From the human T2T-CHM13v2.0 reference genome, Homo sapiens, in the NCBI RefSeq assembly GCF_009914755.1, contig NC_060929.1: DNA of 64,000 bases, one strand, 5' to 3'. This document shows, piece by piece, positions 57,080 to 64,000 of this stretch (the first letter of the stretch is position 1; every line of letters starts with the position of its first letter). A program made the position numbers and the translations under genes. A model generated the notes under the pieces. That model worked only from the letters and a program-made list of their open reading frames with translations. It was not told the origin of the DNA and searched no databases.

Positions 57080-59830
57080 CATTTTTTATTTGTATAAATT
57101 TTGAGGTACAAGAGTAATTTTGTTACATGCATAGATTTCATGGTGGTGTGTAGTCTGGGCTATAGGGCATCCATCACCTGGATAATGTACATTGTACCCA
57201 TTAAGTAATTTCTTGTCACCCACCCTCCAACTCTTCCAAGTCTTCATTGTCTATCATTCCACACACTCCATGCCCTTCTGTACATAAGCTGCCACTTATC
57301 AGTGAGAATATGTGGTATTTGTCTTTCTGTGTCTGATTTGTTTCACTTAATATAATGATGTCTTGTTCCATCTATGGTGCTGCATGGATGTGATTTCATT
57401 CTTTTTTTTATGGCCAAATAGTATTTCATTGTGTATCTGTACCACATCATTCACTGATAGACACTTAGATTGATTCCATATCTTTGCTATCATGAAAAAT
57501 GCTGTGATATAACGTAGGAGTGCAGGTGTCTTTCATATAATGTTTTCTTTTCCTCTGGGTAGATACCCAGTAGTGGGATTGCTGGATGGAATGGTAGTTC
57601 TATTTTTAGTAATTTGAGAAATCTCCATACTGTTTTCCATAGATGTTATACTAATTTATATTCCCACCAACTGTGTATAAGAGCTCTATTTTCTCTACAT
57701 CCTCACCAACATCTGTTATTTTTTGTCTTTTTAATAATAGCAATTCTGACTGGTATAAGATGATATCTCATTGTGGTTTTGACTTGCATTTCTCTCATGG
57801 TTAGTGATGTTGAGCATTTTTTCATGTGCCTGTTGGCCATTTGTATGTCTTCTTTTGAAAAATGTCTCATGTCTTTTGCTCACTTTTTAATGGGATTATT
57901 TGTGGGGTTTTTTTGTTTGATTTCCTTGTAAATTCTGGATGTTCGTTCCTTGTCAGGTGAATAGTTTGCAAATATTTTCTTCCATTCTGCAGGTTGTCTC
58001 TTCACTCTGTTATTTCTTTTGCTGTACAGAAGCTTTTTAGTTTAATTAAGTCCCATTTCTCTATTTTTGTTTCTGTGCTTTTGAGGTCTTTGTCATAAAT
58101 GCTTTGCCTAGACCAGTGTCCAGGAGAATTTTCCCTAGGTTTTCTTCTAGTATTTTTATAGTTACAGGTCTTACATTTTATGATGAGACGTAGGAGTCCA
58201 GTTTTGGTCTTCTGCATGTGGCTATACAATTTTCCCAGCACCATTTATTGAAAAGGGCATCCTTTCCCTAGTGTATATTCTTGTGAATTTTGCGGATGAT
58301 CAGTTCGTTGTAAATATGTGGCTTTATTTCTGAGTTCTCTGTTATGTTTCATTGGTCTATGTGTCTATTTTTATACTAGCACCAGGCTGTTTTGGTTACT
58401 ATAGGCTTGTAGTATAATTTGCAGCCAGGTAATATGATGCTTCCAGCTTTGTTCTTTTTATTTATTTGGATTGCTTTGGCTATTTGGCCTCTTTTTTTGG
58501 TTCCATATGAATTTTAGGATTGTTTGGTCTAATTCTGTGAAAAATGTCAATATTTGGATAAAGATTGCGTTGAATCTGTAGATTGCTTTGGGCAATAGGG
58601 TCATCTTACCTATATTCTTCTGATCCATGAGTATGGGATGTTTTTCCATTTGTTTGTGTCATCTTTAATTTCATTCATCACTGTTTTATAGTTTTTTTGT
58701 AGAAATATTTTACCTCCTTGGTTAAATTTATTCTTAAGTATTTTATTTTGTTTTTTGGTACTTACCGTAAGTAGGATTTGGTACTTAGGTAGATTGTTAT
58801 TGGCGTATAGAAACACTACTTTTTGTATGTTGATTTTGCATCCTGCAACTTTACTGAATTCGTTTATCAAATTGAATCATTTTTTGATGGAGTCTTCAGG
58901 TTTTTCTAGATGGAAGATTGTATCATCCGTGAACAGGGATAATTTGACTTCTTCTTTTCCAATTTGGATGCCTTTTATTTATTTCTCTTGACTGATTGCT
59001 CTGAGTAGGACTTCCAGCATTATGTTGAATATGAGTGGTGAAAATGGGCATTCCTGTCTTATTCCAGTTCTTAGAATGCTTTCAACTTTTCCCCATTCAG
59101 TATGACGTTGGCTGTGGGTATGTCATATATGGCCTTTATTATTGTGAGGTATATTCCTTTTATGCCTAGTTTGCTGAGGGTTTTTTATCGTGAAGAGATG
59201 CTGAATTTTACAAATGGTTTTTCTGTCTATTGAGATAATCATATGGTTTTTGTTCTTTATTCTGGTATCACATTTCTCAATTTGCATGTTAAACAATCCT
59301 TGCATCCCTGGTGTAAAACCCATTTGATCATGGTGTATAATCTTTCTGACATACTGTTGGATTGGGTTTGCTAGTATTTTTTAAGGAGTTCTATGTCTGT
59401 GTTCATCAGGGATATTGGTCTCTAGTTTTCTTTTTGTGTGGTGTCCTTGTCTAGTTTTGGTACCATGCTGACATTAGCCTTGTGTAATGAGTTAGGGAGG
59501 ATTCTGTCTTCTGATTTTTTGGAACAGTTTCAAGACAATTAGTATTAGTTCTTCTTCCTACGTTTGGTAGAATTAGGCTGTAAATCCATCTGATCCTGGG
59601 CTTTTCTTTGCTGGGAGATTCTTTATTACCGATTCAGTGTTGCCACTCATTACTGGTCTGCTCAGGCTTTTCTGTTTCTTCTAGGTTTTCTAGTTTTGGG
59701 GCATATAGTTGTTCATAATAGGTCTCTGATCGTCTTCTGTATTTCTGTGATATCAATTTTAATGTCTCTGTTTTCATTTCTGATTTTATTTATTTGGATC
59801 TTCTCTCTCCTTTTCTTGGTTAGTCTATCT
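57080..59830 (-). mobile_element. L1 (L1MA/L1PB-like) 3' ~2.7 kb, degraded ORF2 plus 3'UTR
   Basis: Minus ORFs show ORF2p fragments ([66 protein letters not shown]) broken by frameshifts. Confidence 0.92.
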
Positions 59831-60229
59831 AGCACAAACATCATTAATTGCCTGAAAAGTGGTACACTGTGTATACTTTTATTCTCCTTGATTTTTTTTT
59901 TCAATCAACAGTATGTCCTGGATATCTTTCCATTGTAATGCATGGAGAGTCTCCACATTCATTTTTATGGCTGCATAATATTTCATGGTAGGAATGTTGA
60001 AATTGATGCATATCAGGACAAAACATCTTTTATTGTTTAGAGTATTTCTTTCTTCCACTTTGGATAAGTTGTCATGAATTCCCATTCATTACTCTCAGGG
60101 AAAAAAACTAAGCTCTTTGCCAACCAAGGCACTCAGTCTGATCCTGCTTCTTTTCTCCAGGATTATCTTGTATTACTCTTCCTCTCATCTTCTATTCTTG
60201 GGTTGCATAGACTGCCTTTTATTTCTTCC

Positions 60230-60905
60230 ATGCACCATGTTTTTTCCTGCCTAAGGGCTATGCTCAAGTTCTTCTCACATGCAGACCCTTCTCTCCTTTC
60301 CTGACCTTTACTTCATTTTTAATTAGCTTTTAATCCACTTAAGGCAGATCTCAGCTCAGTGCCATTTCATCAAGGTATGCTTACCCTAGCAATCCAAGGC
60401 CCAGTCAGAATTCTCTGATGATAGAGTCTTCCATCACCCGGCCCTCTTCCTCTGAGCAGTTATTACCATTTATTATACATTTATATATATGATTATTAGA
60501 TTGATATTTATCTCAAAAACTTAAAGGAGAGTTTTTCAATTAGTGGGTGGCCACCTGTTATAGCTTATAAAATCAGTTTTAAAAATTGTGACAAGCCCTC
60601 TTTAAAAAATGAAATAGAGTAGAAAATATTGAGCCTTTGCTTATAGTAAGGACACTTGCATCAAATTTTTGCAGATTAATCATATGAACACACAGACACA
60701 TAAGCATATTAGGCATGATGTAAAATATATTTCTTATTGTGGGTCTTGTTCAGCAAAATTTGAAAGCCCCTGAACTAAGTTGTAGATTCAGTGAGGACAG
60801 GAATTCTGTCTAGTTTGTACCGCTATTCTATCTCCAAGTCTAGCAGAGAGGCTGGCACTGAGTCAGGCACTCAGTAAATATGCTGACTGGCTGAATGAAT
60901 GAATG
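60230..60905 (+). mobile_element. L2 3' end, apparently interrupted by a hAT-like element (~60530-60772)
   Basis: Ends ctggcac..ggcactcagtaaatatgctga..(tgaa)n. Confidence 0.6.
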
Positions 60906-61831
60906 AACATACACTTTTTCAGGCAGGCTCAGGGATCCACTGCCTTCCTCTACTAGGGACTAGTAGGCCTTGGTTCTAAGCAGATGTTAGTGATTATTTC
61001 TTTGGTTAATTGAGTCTGCTTTAGATCATTAGAAGACAAGAAAAGTAATACAAAACCACACCTACAGATGTATTTTTTAAGGGTTGATAAGCAGATGAAA
61101 CACTGAGGATGAACAGTTTTTAGATCTAATTTTTTTTTGTATTACTTATGAATCTTAGACCTTAAAATACCATTTTATTTTATTGGCAAATAATGAAACA
61201 ATCTTTACCTCCCTAAATATCTGGGTAGTTTTTTAATTTCTAAGGTAGTCTACACACATAGGGCTTATTACTTAGCTGCTATCTTTGTGTGTACTTCAGC
61301 AATAAAATATTTATGCAGTTTGGCAAGGTGATACTACAACCTGGTTTAATACAACAGCTGCACTGCCTGTTCCCATGTGGCTTGATTTCCCTTTTTAATC
61401 TTCGGTTTTCTGCAACTAAAGACTTATGTCAGCATGTAGTTTATACAGCAGCAGATAATGGTGAAAACTTATTGAATTAACATAGTAAAGAGAGAAATAC
61501 TCTGCTAAGTTTACTTGTCTCATATTTTTCTAAAGTCTTTGAAAGACATTTTTTCCAGCATGGCCTACACAGCTTTATAAACATCATGTATTTACAATGA
61601 AACACTTTTGTGAATTTGATTTTTTAGAGAACCTATAAACTCATCTCCAGAGATAATAGTCTCTGAACCTAAAAAATAGAAATATCTCAATTCTAAAGTA
61701 ATCTGCATTTGACTTAGCACAAATCAGGAAAGTTCTGGAAATAAGAGTGATCCTTGTATTTAGTTTGTCACAAATTTGTATGTATAATTGAAATTGAGAT
61801 TGAATTAAAAAGTAGGCAAAAAGAGTCTTAA

Positions 61832-62047
<216 letters not shown>

Positions 62048-63509
62048 TGATTGTCTATTTCTAAAGAAATATTCTAAATATATACATATATAGGGACTAT
62101 CTGAATATGATCATGTCTACAATAGGATAAAGACTTTTAAAAATTAAAGAACAGGGTCTTAGCTGACCAATAGAAACTTTTGTATTGTAATGCAAGCTAT
62201 TTTTTCCTTAGGTGATCTTAGACAAGATATGGGATATTTTTGTCTCTCTCAGTTCCTATCAATAAAATGGTGATAATTTATACAATTTTGAAAAACCTCT
62301 TACAATAATAAAAGCAAAATAATTAACAGTGTTATTCAAAATGCCATTTTTTTCAAGTTTTTCCCTTTCTAGTTAATTTTCCCAAGAGAACTTAGTTTTA
62401 TAATCCCTAAAATGTGCTTTAATTATTTAGTTTAATAATGTCAGTATCTGTAAGTTAATTTCAAAAGCTTGAGTTTTAGAGTCATATAGATCTCAGTTTG
62501 AATCCAAGTTCTAGATCTTTCTAAGTATATAAACCTTGGCAAATTATTTGTTAATTTTCTCATTCAGAAAATTAGCTAATAATAACATATCTCCTAAAAC
62601 TGTTGTGATAATGGTGTTAAATGATGCTGTCTACTGTTCATCTTCATCATTAAAAATTGATGGCTCAATAATTTAATTTATCTGGGTCATAAGTTCCTTG
62701 TGAGCGGAAGCTGTGTGTTTTGTTTATACAGAAGTTTCAGTACCATACACACATTTGTAAATACTGGATAAAATGCTTTTTGAATAATATTAAATCATTA
62801 TATTTTCATTGGGGGTATAGTCATCATTATGATTAATGTATTAACATTGGTTTTAAAGGAACAGATAGCTGTTCATTGATGCTTTTGTTGAATATCTTCT
62901 CTAATATTTGTTATAATTAAAAGTTTTTTTTTTAGTTCAAAAGAATTAGAGTAAATCCTGTTACTGGGTATGGCCAGGAATAGTGTATTCTGCTTAATCA
63001 ATACCATGTTCATAAAGATTTTTCCTGTATACCATATGTAGATTGCAAATTTCCCCAGAATTAGATTACAATAAAATACATTTAACTCTAATACTACTTT
63101 ACACATGATTTAAGCATTCTTTGGTGATTCACAGGCACTTCAAACTCATGTCATGCCTCCGTGTCAACAGTCTGAAAATTAATTACCATTAGGCTATAGA
63201 TGTACATGAGTGCTGGTTAAATAGAGAGTTCTGTTTTATATACTTAAGAGTAAAGTGTTTATTTTCATTGCTGTTGCTGTGTAATAGGTTAGAAATCTAC
63301 CAGAAAAAATAAACATTAAATCAAATCCATAAATACTAATAATGTAAAAGGTTTAGTATATTTAGACACACAGGAAGTATTTCATATATTCTTATGTTAG
63401 AAACAGTTCAAAAGATGTATTATTAGCCTGGTGTGCAGTTGTTCTTTTTATCCCTATATATTATATACACATTATGTATGCCATATGAAGTAATAGCAAC
63501 CTCTAATTT

Positions 63510-63720
63510 TGGAATTAGCTTAACTTGAAGTTAAGACAGATACGGGTTCTGATCCAAGCTGTTCCCCTTGTCCATTGGGTGAGTTATTTTACTTCTCTGA
63601 GGCTTGGTTTTATAATTCATAAAATGGGGATTATAATCTGGCCTATTTTACATGGTTGTTGTGAAAATTAAATAGTAAGTATCAATGTAAAACTCTTTAA
63701 CATTGTATCCAATAAATGGC
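63510..63720 (+). mobile_element. MIR
   Basis: gggttctgatccaagct..ttctctgaggcttggtttt..taaaatggggattataat..ggttgttgtgaaaattaaa. Confidence 0.75.
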
Positions 63721-64000
63721 AACTCCTTTTCTTCCTCCATCTTCACCTGTTAATGAGTTTTTAGTACTTTGATATTGGGAACAAACTCCTTTATAGGAAT
63801 ACTGAAGTAACGCTCTTGTAAGCACAACCTTTGTGATTCAGGGTAGAAGTGCTTTTGAGTTCTTTATAAAGCTCAAATTCTAAAGCAGGTGAGGAATTTC
63901 CATTTCTTGAGGGTGCAGACCTCAGGCAGGATCTATTCTAGATTTGGGCTGCTTTATTGAAGATCTACTATTTTCTCCTTTCCTTGCCTTTCACATAGAG

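Overview
Primate, most likely human, genomic DNA from the 5' part of the + strand gene ZSWIM6. About 43.8 kb of a long upstream intron is followed by a 357-nt coding exon carrying the SWIM zinc finger (43791-44147), a 17.7-kb intron, a 149-nt coding exon (61896-62044) and the start of the next intron. The rest is intronic and repeat-rich: about 16 Alu/FLAM copies, L1 fragments of several ages including a young L1PA2-type insertion with a perfect 19-bp target-site duplication (TSD), L2 and MIR fossils, DNA-transposon MITEs (MER8, MER5, MER1B, MER33) and a MaLR LTR. There is also a two-LTR MER66-type ERV1 provirus on the minus strand (~12951-19316) with recognisable primer-binding site and polypurine tract. 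Nearly all ORFs in the supplied track are repeat-derived or spurious. I found no convincing new biological system. The best leads are the provirus with complementary TATA/poly(A) retention between its LTRs, and the frame-symmetric SWIM exon bracketed by inverted Alus. Gene and repeat subfamily names come from recalled sequences, not from a search; repeat boundaries are approximate unless a TSD is given.
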